The position numbers and the translations under genes were made by a program. 47,552 nucleotides of DNA from Sphaerodactylus townsendi. Lineage: Eukaryota. The stretch covers positions 128,232,449 to 128,280,000 of the forward strand of contig NC_059425.1 in NCBI RefSeq assembly GCF_021028975.2. The letters are read 5' to 3'. Below, in pieces: positions 12,430-24,649 of the stretch. The notes beneath the pieces were generated by a model. That model made no database searches. It saw only the letters and a list, made by a program, of their open reading frames with translations, and had not been told where the DNA came from. Position 1 is the stretch's first letter. Every line of letters begins with the position of its first letter.

Positions 12430-13125
12430 AGAGATTTATACACTGTCCATCTCTCCTCATGGAGATCCATCCAGAGGAGCTTACAACATTGTTGTCCCCT
12501 CTTCTATTTTATCCTCACAGCAATAATCCTGTGAGGTAGTGCAGGTGAGGGGTTTCTTTGGTGGTGTAGGGATTTGGATCTGGGACTCCCAGATCTTAAT
12601 CAGAGGCTGTTTCCGCACGGCCATGCTCGGGGGGTGCGTCAGTGTATATGACGCCAACGCACCCCCACGGGACCGTTCACACAGTAGGGGCGGGGAAGAC
12701 GGCACAGCCTGCGCAGAGGCTGCGCCGCCACCCGAACGCCTTACCATCCCTCTGACTTTCCAGCATGTCGCCCAGGCCAGGGGACACGCCCCCTGCCCTG
12801 TACCACAGCTCTGGAGTCGCAGGGCAGGGAGCATGTCCCCTGGCCTGGGTGATGCGCCGGAAGGTCAGAGGGACGATAAGGCGTCGGGGGGGGGGGGGGG
12901 AATGGCGCCTTCCAGCCGCTGTAATTCGCATGGCAGCATTTGGAAGTCGCTGTTTCCGAAAAACCTTGCTCAGGGAGCGAGGTTTGGAAACAGCGGCTTT
13001 GCGCCGCTTGGGGGTTGCGAGGCCGTGGCTGCTGCGATGCAGCAGCAGTGGCCGTGCGAACCCCTCCCCAGGGACGCTGTATTCCGCCTGTGCGGAAACA
13101 GCCTAACACTCTTTCGGCTACAGCC
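12430..13125 (-). mobile_element. SINE family B interrupted by a MITE at 12604-13104
   Basis: 'tattttatcctcacagcaataatcctgtgaggtag...ggatttggatctggg...cccagatc' resumes as 'aacactct' after the MITE. Confidence 0.7.
12604..13104. mobile_element. GC/CpG-rich MITE, PIF/Harbinger-like
   Basis: Perfect 15-bp TIR AGGCTGTTTCCGCAC (12604-12618) / GTGCGGAAACAGCCT (13090-13104). Long internal palindromes. TAA on the right flank. Confidence 0.8.
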
Positions 13126-13312
13126 CATGATCTCATTGTTTTTAATTCATAATTAAATAGCATAGTTTCTCAAAAATGGTGTTAAGTTTCTCTTTGCAAT
13201 AAACGTCAACTTTATTTCAAATTAATTTGATACTATTAATAACTTTCAATATATGAAGAGAAAGAGCTGCTTACAGAGTTTTTATATATACTTGTTTTTC
13301 TTTCTGTTTAAG

Positions 13313-13369
13313 ATTTCCACAGTGAAGGAACCTTTTATTGATCTTTCACTCCCTATAATAGAAGAAAGG
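13313..13369 (+). CDS. USP45: USP45 coding exon (ISTVKEPFIDLSLPIIEER)
   Basis: tttaag| ... |gtaaga, 57 nt, phase 0 to 0. USP 'EPFxDLSLPI' motif. Confidence 0.95.
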
Positions 13370-14085
13370 GTAAGAAACAATTTGATAAGTAGCAACAACT
13401 TATGCTTATGTTGTGTCTGAGGATGTTTGCCTTTTAATCTCCGCCCTTCCCCAACTCCACCTCCGTTTGTCAGCTTTGGTTATGCTAGCAATTTGCTCTG
13501 ATCGTCTGCATTGTCTGAGGGGCATACAATCAAGAACTGGATGATGTTATTTAATTATTATGCAGCATGTATTAATGTATGGTTGATCTTACTAGTTGGC
13601 GCATGTTTTACAAACAAGGCATTGATCTTTGTGCTGAAACATATATTTCCACTACCCATTTGGTGGAACAGTATTTTTGCATCTGCCTGGAATAAAGCAA
13701 GTATGGCTTACACGTACAAATTCATTTTGCATGATGTAAACGGTGAATGGCCATGACCCAAAATCTCCTTTGCTTTTTCCAGGTGTGCTGTCCCTTATTA
13801 GCAATGTGCTGTAACAGGAGCAGGGACGCTGCATTCAGGAAGAAGTATCATGCAAATAATAACAGACAGCCATCATAGTGGCTGTTATCTTGGTTGCCAG
13901 TTTGTTAGAATTTTACATAGGGTTGGTGGCTACAATTGGAGTATATAAAGGGCATGTGAGTGAGTGTGGGTACTGTGTTGTAAATGGAAGCATGAGTATC
14001 CTGTGCTGATAAATGCAGTTCAACTTCTTCATATGATGGTAAACAGGGAAATTTTGAAGCCATCATACATGCACATTAACCCCCT

Positions 14086-14540
14086 TTAGGTCATGTCCCA
14101 AGCCAGAGTCCTGGGGCAGCAGGGATGGATCTGCAGCGGTGGCACCCTGCTGCCTCCAGAGGGCTTTTCAGTGGTGCTGGGAGGCAAAATACCAAAAAAA
14201 TCCTCCACATCGCTGAAAAGCCCCTCATTGGGCTCCATGGACTTACACAACCCAAAAGAATGGCATAGGTCCATGCCCTGGATGCTGGCGTCCTGGGAGG
14301 CAATGTTGGGGTGGAATCCAACTAAGGTCAACTCCATCCCCAAGCACACCTCCAGAATGGTCCCACTAGGGCTCAGGAGCACTGTTGTGGTGCTCTGGCT
14401 GCTGTGGAGGGCCATGTGGCTGCCCACCAGTGAATTTTCCCCTTCACTGATGTAAGTGCCCCAGGTAGGTCAAATCCGCTGGCATAGAGTGCTGTCGCTT
14501 CCACAATTCTGTTCGACTCCCCCTTCTGGATTAGGCGATA
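14086..14540. repeat. Unclassified GC-rich interspersed repeat, possibly a non-autonomous DNA element
   Basis: GC shift. Its end 'ctggattaggc' is the inverse of the 'gcccaatccag' start of a similar fragment at 31131. Confidence 0.35.
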
Positions 14541-14565
14541 AGAGTTAGATGCAGGCAATAGACTT

Positions 14566-14856
14566 GATAGCCAGCACTGTGTAGTGGTGAAGAACAGTGG
14601 ATTCTAATATGGAGATCCGGGTATGGTTTCCCACTTCTCCCCATGAACAGGGGAGTCTTATCTGGTGAACTGGATTTGTTTCCCTGCTCCTACACATGAA
14701 GTGACCTTGGGCTAATCCCAGTTTTCTCAGAACTCTCTCAGCCCTACATACCTCACAACAGGTCTGTTGTGGGGAGAGGAAGGGAAAGAAGTTTGTTAGC
14801 CCCTTTGAGACTCCTTACATGAGAAAAAGGTAGGGTATAAATCCAAACTCTTCTTC
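14566..14856 (+). mobile_element. Squamate SINE family A
   Basis: A-box-like GTGTAGTGGT head, shared body 'ctcagccctac...gtctgttgtggggagaggaagggaa', TTC tail. Confidence 0.85.
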
Positions 14857-15361
14857 TAGGTAAAAAAAAAAGGGGGCTTTGCCTTTTGAGGTACTTTGAT
14901 TTTTCCCCGGAAAGACTTGATTTCCCTTTGGTAAGGAGTTTAGAGAATGGACAAAGTGTTAGAATTCTCGAGGTACTAGCTCAGAACAGGTCACCAGTGA
15001 GGAGGAGTCAAGACTACCACTGAGTCGTTGCCTTTGCTTTGAGGGGCTCCCCAGGACCTGGTATGCTGCTCTTTAAACTGCTTGTGGGAAGCAGTAATGA
15101 TTTCTAGAAAATAGTTGTCTCTGAAAATAGCATAGGTCTCTCTGCTCTTTACTGTTACTGTGAATTAATGCTAAAAATGCTTGAGTGCAGTTTGAATATC
15201 TGACTAATGAGTGACTGGTTTTTTAGAAGAGTCTTCTTGTTTTTAAACCAACCCTACTGTGCTCCTGTTGCCTGAAACCAAGATTGCCCTGTGATGGGAG
15301 CCATTTGTAATGGAGATGCTTATATGTTGCGCCCCGAATAATAACCATGTTTATTTTCCAG

Positions 15362-15508
15362 ATTTCAAAACCTGTTCCTCTTGGAAGGACAAATAAATGT
15401 AAACATATACAAGAAGCAGATGTTGATCAATGTAGCTGTTGTACTACAACTACTTTGAATAATCAACAATTAAAAGATTCTAGGAAACATATATTAATGA
15501 AGGAGAAG
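15362..15508 (+). CDS. USP45: USP45 coding exon (ISKPVPLGRTNKCKHIQEADVDQCSCC...KHILMKEK), start of the insertion in the catalytic domain
   Basis: ttttccag| ... |gtagga, 147 nt open, phase 0 to 0. Resembles recalled human VSKPLLWGRMNK...KKHSSSKDK. Confidence 0.88.
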
Positions 15509-16639
15509 GTAGGAATAGCAGCCTGACTAACCAGCGAGTCTCTTCAAATGTTCATAAGTTCTTTGTGTGAGTCTGGACTGGCTAGGAAACATGATCTGGA
15601 TAATTTTGTTCTGTGGAACTGGTACTGGGAGGATTTAAGTCAATATAGTTTTTACAGAGCTGATGATATTTTCTTGATAAATGGTTAGGTTTTAAAAATA
15701 GCTGACATTGCATGTTAAGGGCTAAGGTGGAGAAAGAATAAAGTCATTAGAAAGATTTAAAAATTGTACTCCTGATCCCCCCCCCTTTTTTTTTTTAACG
15801 TTATGCTTCTGTTCCTTCTCCCTTTCCTTCCCTGTTGTCCCTGTTTGCTTCTGGCTGCAATTGCAGGCATTGCAGAGCTGGCCAAGGGAGCAGACAAGTC
15901 AGCATTAGTGCCATGTGGTAGATCAGTTGGCAGGGGTGTGCTACAGGAGAAGTCCAGCCAACCCTGTCTCCCTGGAGACTTCGAACACGGCTTCCAAGAT
16001 GTGCTCAGCCTGCAGTGGCCCAAGGGCTTGAGAATCATCGTTCAGCCTTTTAACATGGTTTCTTCCTGATGGTGGCACAGCATGCTGCAGATAGGGCCAG
16101 GCTAATAGCACATGGAATGCTGCTCTTCTTGCTTCTACTATGTATTATTTTATAATAAAACAATTCGATCATTACTACAAAAATTGAATACTGTAAACCT
16201 TTTTTGTAACTTTTCCATTCATAATTTATATCTCTTCGCTTCTAACAGATGAAAGAATGTCTTGTTAAGCAGCTAAGTAGTACACATACTGCCTCCAGGG
16301 GAGTCTGGCAGCATTTCTTGTCTACTTTTTAAAAAATAAATCAACTTCCAAAATAGTGCTGCTTGCAGCCTACAAAGCACATTTGGATGACATTAATATT
16401 TATATTTTCAATTGGAATATAATTTTCCCCTCTGCACCGTTCTATTTTTCTGTTTTCCCCCTTACCCATCGCTTCCTTTAAAATACACTGTAATCTTTAT
16501 GTCTGTTTTTAAATTTTATACTCTTTGCCCAAAATCACCTATTTGACATATATGTTCATGAATTAATGAAAGTCTGTAGATGCATAGTTGTTTTAAAAAT
16601 GCAATCCGGAAAGAGGAAAGGACAGAGGTTGAATTGGTG

Positions 16640-18560
16640 ACTATCAGTTCTTCAAGGCGTACTATAGTGACTAAGCTTGTGAAATTGACACAGGAAGAGT
16701 AAATGGTAAGATGAATAGTTCAAAGTGGGAAAAGTCCTTGGTCAGAAGCAGGAGCAAGTTAGCCAGTTCTTAAGCAATGGGCACAGGAGAATAGAGGTTG
16801 GCTTTGTGTATACCTTGTGTTGGACACCAGAACAGATTAGGGATCTTGCCAGTGTACCATCCGCCTGGTTTACTGTCAGCATCTCTGACAGCTGTCAAAG
16901 GTGGTGTCAGACTTGGTGCTGAGTATCCCAAGGATTACCCTTGGAAATTTCAACATACATCCCTAGCCTGCCTTCTTTGGTTAAATTTAGAACCTCAAGG
17001 CTGCCATGATAACCACAGGTCTGTCTCAGATTATAATGGACTCAACCCATGAAAAAAGACTTACCCTGAACCTTCTTTTCTGAATTGAGCAGCTTGCCAG
17101 TGATCTGATTAGTGAGCTGGAGGTTAATGGTCAGATCACTGTTTTCTGAAGGCATGGTAAGCCTGCAAGGACAGTGGATGCATTCACCTTTGGAGATTAA
17201 TGGATCCTGTTTCCAGACAGCTCTGGGGATTTTAAGAGTCTCCCTAGTAACTTTGTAAAGGTCCTTGTAGTTTCATGGAATGATGAGTTGACTGGGCCAT
17301 AAACAGAGTTGTTCCTTGACATCCTCTTCTGAGCTTTGTGAGGCAGCAAGCTGCTTGGTTTCCCAGGGATCTGGGCTATAAGCAATTGGATGGTGATAAG
17401 TGACACTGGATGGAGAGAACAGCTAAGTCTGACCCTCCTGGCGATGAAAATCTGGCCTCCAGCTGTGATGTTTTTGCAGGGTTCTTTGCTGACAATATAT
17501 CTCCCATCCATTACTTGGAAGCCAAGTTGAATGCAGATTGGACACTGGAGGTTTCAGAAGTCCCTTCTTGTCCTTTTCATGTTGATCCTATCTATGGATG
17601 CTGATAGGGTCTTTGGGAGTGTGAGGGCCACCTCTTGTAATGTGGACCCATCCCATGCCCATCCTGGCTTAAAATCTTGCCTGGGGAAGGTACTGGAGCC
17701 ATTAATTGATTGTTACCTGAATGAAGGGGCTCTTCCTAACCTTTTGAAGTGGGCAGTTATTGGATCTCTGCTAAAAATACATCTTTGTTGGCTACGAATG
17801 AGGTGGCTATTGCAGGCCACTCTCCAAGTTATTTTTTTCTATGGAAGGTGATAGAGTATTTGGGGGCAGGGCAGCTGCAGGGTTCCTAGATGACACATCT
17901 GCCCTTGACTTCAATCTTGTGTCAGGCCCATACTGAGACAGCTTTAGTTGTGGTGGTGGATGTTCTTCATTTAAAGTTGGACAGGAGTCAGTCTTCCCTG
18001 TTGATACTGTTGGATCTCTCAGCTGCCTTGAACAGATTGCCCACTCCGTTCTTATCAAGCAACTTGAATATGTATTAAGAACGTAGCCCTCTGGTGTTTT
18101 CACTCTTTTCTGTCTGACTGTACACAAAGAGTCTTCATCAGAGGTGCAGAATCAACTGGGTGGAATATATCTTGTGGGTTCTATCCTCTTGCCCATGTTC
18201 TTTAATATATATTTATCTGAAGCTTTGGGGTCCTGAGGTCTGTGTTTCATTATCCAAGCCTTCAGATGCATCCTGTTGGTTCCGAACCAGTGTTTTGGGG
18301 GAGGTGTAGTCAGGTGGCTAAGACAAACTGAAGCTGAATCCAAACATGACTGAGGTGAGGTGGTGATGGTTGGGAAGGCTGGCATTCTAGGGGAAGTGAA
18401 TCCCCTCGTCATAGATGGAGTGATGTTCGCTTTTTCAGAGATTTGGGCTGCTGCTGGATTTTTCTTTGCTGTAAAGCTGAGAGTTCCCCTGGGTTTCCAA
18501 AACAGGATCCTGCCTATCTGTACCTAGCCCTATGATATAGATTTTTTGATCCAAATGCTT
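16640..18560 (+). mobile_element. Heavily decayed L2-like LINE ORF2 (endonuclease plus RT); ends approximate
   Basis: LGILPVYHPPG (APE 'VYRPP'), TETALVVVVD..LLILLDLSAA (RT), and GSIL.PM.FNIY remnants. Confidence 0.75.
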
Positions 18561-21197
18561 GGATTGTGTTCAGAATTGGGTATATTGATTATAAGACCCG
18601 CACTATGATTTTTGTTTTGTTGATGGTGGCATGCTTGTGCTTCGTTTATGTAATACAGATTTATTTAGAAAATATTTGATTACAGTTTATTAATCATTTC
18701 CAATATATGGTTTTCATTATGGAATGAAATACAGAATTCTGTCAGATGGAACTCATAACATGGGAGGCAGAGCTAAGCTTTCTGTCTACCCCAGTGCAGT
18801 CCCAAGCTGATTTTCACCTAGCAAATTGTGAGATAGCATAATCATTTTCTTTGTTAAAAGAAAAATATTGAAGTTTATTAGGAAGCATTAGTAAAATGTT
18901 CAGATAAGCTTATGTCTGCTGAAATCTTGGCACTGATAATGTCTACCAAGACCAGAGCAGTTTGTCTTCCTAGGGATAGCAATCTTGTTGTTCTGTTTTG
19001 TTCACTTCATACTAACAAAGTTGTGAAAATCAGCAGCCTCCTGCTCTGATGAGTTAATACGTAATATTAGAGGCTAATGAATTTGGAAGCCAAATTTTGC
19101 CTGGAAAGTTGAATAAAAATAATTTCAAATTAGCATGTAGATACCAAGATTGAAAAAGGGAAGTAAATGTGTTTCTGCGGTGGTAGGTAGTTGGGAGGTG
19201 TCATTGTTAACTCATACTTACATGGTTCTCCCCCTCATGAATCACATACTTTTGAAATTGTTTTCTTGAGATTGTGGGAAATGTCCCTCGTCATCTTGCA
19301 GCCCCATCCACGAAACAGGGACCCAGCTGCAGTCCCACAGTTGTTCATAGCCTCCGCCCCAAAATAGGCTTCCCGGCAGTGTGTGGACGTCAGAAAGCCC
19401 CAATGCATTGCACCACGCTTACACCAGCCAAAGGCTGGCTAAAGTGCAGACTAATGTCAGCTCCACCTTAAGCCTGACCCTTCTACGCTGGTGGTGGTGA
19501 GGCGCTGGTGCAGCATTCAGTGTACATTTCAGTTCTGGGGGGTGGGGGGAGCGGTGGTCATGTGCCAGTAGAATCACCCTTCCACCAGGTAAGTGCCCTG
19601 GGGATGGTGAATCCGCTGACATGGCAGGTGCTCCACTCTCTGAAGGGGATTCACTCACTTTGGATGAGGCTCTCAGTAATAAGTACTTTTTCTTGTCTGT
19701 ATCACTTTTTCTTGTCTGTATCACATTGATCTTAGGATACCTTAAGTGAAGTGGGCAAGAATTATCACTTAAGATATCTTTACTGTTTCTGCTTTTCAGA
19801 GAAGGTCTGTCAGAAAGAGCGGCCTGCTAGTTGCAAACACCATGTGTTTGTATGTTACATTTCTCAACAAAAGATAGAAAGCCTTGTAGTATCTGACTTT
19901 CCACATGGATTTGGGGGAAAAACATTCACACTCGGTTGGAAAGGCTGCAGGCTTTTAATGTCTTGTTTCTAGGACTAATGGTTGTGGTAATCAACATAAG
20001 ACTTTGTGATATTAAGAAATACTGTAACTGTTTTGTAGAGTTTTGACAAGAACTAATAATGTTATATATGTCTTAATTTCCATTGTCTGTTAAAGTCCCA
20101 AATGTCTTCCCTTAGAAACAATCCAAACATGAAAAATGAAATTTGATAAAAAGCAGCTGCTGCACTTTGGTTTGTACTTTAATAGGGAAAGTTTGATAAC
20201 CACTGTGATCTATGTAGTTTGAACATTTCAAAGATTTAGAATGTGGAATGCTAGTTAGAATGTTAAGCCTTTGGTATTGATATTAATGTGAACAAAATAT
20301 TCTAAATATTTTAGAATCCTAACTCAAAATTAATGTATTTAGTAGAGATGCCCTAGATATTTTTGAAGATGGTTGTAGTTTTTGGAAAACTAAACAGGCT
20401 TTCTCTAGCCCATGCTGTTGAATCATGCACTGGTAGTACTTAAAATCCAGAAATTACTTGCATGGTATGTGCATAAATCCCTCTTCAATCATGTCTCCCA
20501 TGAATGTCGCAAACCAGTTCCCTGCTAGACTGAATCTTTAGTTTCTGAGAAGAATGTCTGTTCCAAAAAAAAAGTGAAACGCTTTCTCTTTGACAACCAT
20601 GCTTCTGATTTTTTTAAAAAATATGTTTTTATATATTATTCAGAATTGATACTTGTTATAGCTGAAAATTGAACATACTAGTCTTTAGCAGAAACTAAGG
20701 CTAAAGCAGAGATCTATGGCCTCCCTCCTTCCATTCAACCTTCCATCTGATTTTCCATCTGCTTTGCTTTGATCTTTATTGATTCTTCGATCACCATCAG
20801 ATTTTATGAAAATGGTTTTAATGTTAAATTATCAGCATATGAGGAATTATTAGCATGTTTACAGCATATTCGGAATTGTTGTAAATTTTGCTTTTATTGC
20901 ATGGATTGTATATTGTTGCAATAAGTTATTCCTTTGACTTATTTGAAACTGCCCTGAGCTCGAAAAGGGAGGGACGGTATAGAAACCTAATAAATAAAAA
21001 TAGTAAAAGAGAAGGAGAATTCTCAAAAAGATTGAAGATTTCAATAGGACATTACAAAAGTCAGTCTGTTAAATAATGTGTGCATGTTCACTTTAACCAT
21101 GTCTGTACTTATAGCAGTGACTATACATAGACTTGAAAAGATGTTTCTTTTTCTCCTTTTAATACCATGTCGTGATCTTTAATGTTGCAATTAACAG

Positions 21198-21870
21198 AAC
21201 CAAATAAACCATGAAAGAAGACTTGCCAAGAAATCCTCCCCTGGTGAAGAAGAGCCAAGCTCTTTTATTATGCATGAAAAACCTAGAAGCCCTAAAACTG
21301 AAGGAGGTTCCAACGTGCCACATTCAGGGAACAGCAATATGGTGAAGGAGTGCACGACAAATGAAAGCCAGACGGAAGGCAGTGAAAAAGAAGGAAGCCA
21401 TTCTGAAAGTAGTGTCGATGCAGACAGCGAGGCTTCTGAAAGCGAAAGTGCTCCTAAGCAAAGGACTTTCACCAGAGCTTCTTGCACATCCAGTTTGCAC
21501 ATCAGTGGGCACAAACACTTGCAACCCAGCAAATCACCTGATAACAGTACAGAGGCGCTTGCAAATTCCTTGTCAAAACTGAGTTTTGGCAACAGTGTAA
21601 ATGAGTGCGAAGGGCTGCTCAACGGAGATCAGCTATCAGATCTGTCAAACAACTTAGCCTTTTCAGCAGAGAATTCGCTGTTGTTGCAAAACCCTCAAAA
21701 TGCTTTCCAGACTCTTTCCCAGAGCTACAGAACAAGCTCTAAAGAATGTTCGGTTCAGTCGTGCCTCCACCAGTTTACGTCTGTGGAGCTGTTGATGGGA
21801 AACAACAAGCTGCTATGTGAAAACTGTACAGAACAGAGACAGAAACATCTGAAAAAAGCAAATTCTGCAG
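21198..21870 (+). CDS. USP45: USP45 large coding exon (NQINHERRLAKK...SHSESSVDADSEASESES...QNAFQTLSQSY...ELLMGNNKLLCENC...ANSA)
   Basis: taacag| ... |gtaata, 673 nt, phase 0 to 1. In frame with ORF 21270..21962. Contains the second CxxC. Confidence 0.95.
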
Positions 21871-24206
21871 GTAATATAATGGTGATTGAATATTTCTTGT
21901 TTGATTTAGAACTGAATGGTTCTCACTCACGGATTCTTTGGATTTTTATTTTCGTTTTTTAAAGCAACCCTTCATGCTTAATGGAAATTGTTTTTGAAAT
22001 TGAATGGAGTTTCAGAATTCTCTTGGGATGCCTGCATTCTTGAGCAGATCAAAGTAGATTATTTGCTCCCACACCCATATAACTAGGGGAGTCTGAAAAT
22101 CTGTGTGATTGTGTCACCCATGACTAACAGTGACATATACCTTGGCAGCCACCAGACTATTCACCACTTCCCAGTGCCTCTCTTTCTCCCTTTTTACCAT
22201 TCGCCTTCCCTACAATTGCTCCATAGTTCTGACTCTCTTTAGCATATCACATCTATTTTCTACAGTAAACCCGTTCCAAATAGTACAAGATGAGCTCTTT
22301 AAAATAAATTGAGCTGTATGACATAATAAAAAGCTTATAAATGAAACACATGCAGATTTCTAGTTATATAATTTAGTCTCATCACATAATTGGTGTTTGT
22401 GGTTGAGGTACTCTGGGGCTCCTACATGATACAATATTTGGGACTTCTGTGGTAATCTGTACTGTAGGAGTGCCCTCTGGTGGCCAAAACAGATTAACAT
22501 GTTTTAGTTTGCTGTTTTGTTCTACTTTCTTTTGTGACAAAATCAAGCCATTGTGGAAGACAGTGGCACTGTTTTGCCTGTATGTAAGAGAGAGAAAGAG
22601 AGAGAAGTAGCAAGTGAAGTGGTGAGATCGTAATGTAGCTGTGTGATTAAATTTGCCTCTGGCTGTTTGTTATCTAGTGAAAAATGCTTTATTCACTTTA
22701 TAAGCTGACACTCCCTCACCCTGTGGTGATCCAGAGTGGGTTATATTATTCTCATTTTCTTTTTTCTTGACAAAAAGCCTAAGAGGGAGTTTAGAGCAAG
22801 AGTGTGTGGGGTCATTATTTTCCATCCAGAAAATAGCATGAAGTAGAATCTTGCCCGATTTTCTCTGGCAAAAAAGGAAGGAAAGACCTCTAACTCCCTT
22901 CCCCCAGAGGCTACGCCTGGGAAATCTGCATGTACATAAAAAGCTGTGCAGGGCTGCAGTGAGAAGGGGAATTATGTGAGATCATCTCCACTTTCATGTG
23001 CTCATAGAAATGATTGTAGGATCCAGCTAGTAAGAGCTGCCTTGTTGAATCAGACTGAGATCTGCCTACTCCCAGCCATCCACTGTTGTTTGCCCTCAAT
23101 ATCTGTTGTTCAGAGAGGTTCTGGTTGGGTATCATGGCAGACTAGCCTTTGTTGGATCGTTCTTTGATTAATCAGTACTTAAAAAAAAACATCTGAGTTG
23201 AATGGCCATTCAACCTTCCAGCCAGCCTTTATATATTAATTGATTATTTAGACCTAATTTGCTGTTCTGGGCCACTGTTGTGATACATTAAAGGAATTTG
23301 TAAAGCTGAAGTCATTATTAAATTTATCTGTTTAGTCCAATATGGGCAATTAAAAAAACATAGACCATAAAACTGTGCTAGTGTTGAAAAACTATAGCAG
23401 AGTTTTGATTATCATTCTAACCAGTGGGAGCTTTGAAAGGAGATGATATTTTTATGAGATTTGTAAAAAAATATTGAGTTTAATTAATGTAAACCTTTCT
23501 CTTAAAGTCTGCCTTGCAAATAAGTTTTGAAGGGATGGTTCTGCATCATCTAACAGCCCTTATTTGCTAGCTTCCGCTACATCTGAGCTTGATCTCTTCT
23601 GACAAGGCAATAATAGAGAACTTACACATTAAGAAGTTGTAGCAATTAGGCTAGGAAAATTGACAATGCTTAAGAAACGTCCAGAACTAGTTATCTATTT
23701 CAGGGGGAGGGAATGTGTGGCCAGAGGAGCCATATCATTCTGTACCATATGGGGGCTTTCAGTCTTTCACCACGACGGGAATGGGTAAGGCAGACAATCC
23801 AGTATATTTACCCATTCAGTTTACACTTATGGTCAGATGCTTTTCAGTTTAAATGAGCAGAAGACTATGTGCTTTCAAGTGCATACATTGTTATAATCAT
23901 ATATTGATGTAACAGTAAGAGATCGGCATTAAAGAAACCCTTCTTGGTGGTACAATATATTGCAGCTAAGCATATTTGAGAAAGATTGGAGAAGAGTCTG
24001 GAGGTGCATGAATGTGCTGCAACACTGCAGGGAGACGGGGAAAACAAACCCCCACTTCCAAGCAGCGTTGAACCTGAGGAAGATAACCTGTGTGGAAAAA
24101 GCCTCTTTTGATTTCCAATGGGTTTAGAGTGCTTAGGATTGCACTCTGAGGGTACTGTGGGAATGACAGTTCTGTTGTGTTTGATTTGTTCTATATTACT
24201 CTCCAG

Positions 24207-24304
24207 AGAAGAAGGTGGAAGGTGTATATACTAATGCTCGGAAACAGCTTCTGATTTCTTCAGTTCCTGCTGTTCTTGTTCTCCATCTTAAAAGATTCCA
24301 CCAG
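24207..24304 (+). CDS. USP45: USP45 coding exon (EKKVEGVYTNARKQLLISSVPAVLVLHLKRFHQ)
   Basis: ctccag| ... |gtgaat, 98 nt, phase 1 to 0. USP 'LHLKRF' motif. Confidence 0.96.
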
Positions 24305-24649
24305 GTGAATGATTAAGTGTTGCTTTTGATGTTACAAATGACAGTTTTCTGCTGTCATTTCTAAGTGGACAAGGGCTGTTTAAGGAAAAACCTTAATCCC
24401 ATTTTTCTATTTTAAAAAAATCTGAGGGAGTTATACTTGCAGACTCTCAGGGCTTACCTGTTTAACATGACACCATGTAGTTTCATAGATCTGGCTGTGT
24501 GACTGCATCACCGAGGACAAATTAATCCTTTCAATGGTGCGTACTGTATCCTAAATGGTGAGGGAGAAGGTGTAACGTTAGCACAGATTTCTATAGGTTT
24601 TTTTTAAAATACCTATGAACAACTGAAGTAGAAAAAGTGTTCAGATTAA

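Noticed and set aside
12481-13163. Stack of overlapping ORFs on both strands
   Set aside because: Explained by a GC-rich palindromic MITE with few stop codons.
14566-14640. tRNA gene
   Set aside because: The A/B-box-like sequence is a SINE head; no cloverleaf.
19580-19600. Strong donor CCAG|GTAAGT in a USP45 intron
   Set aside because: No convincing paired acceptor or USP45-like coding frame; it lies in repeat-like GC-rich sequence.
21871-21962. ORF 21270..21962 as a stand-alone gene or extended C-terminus
   Set aside because: It is a USP45 exon read through its GT donor; homology stops at 21870.
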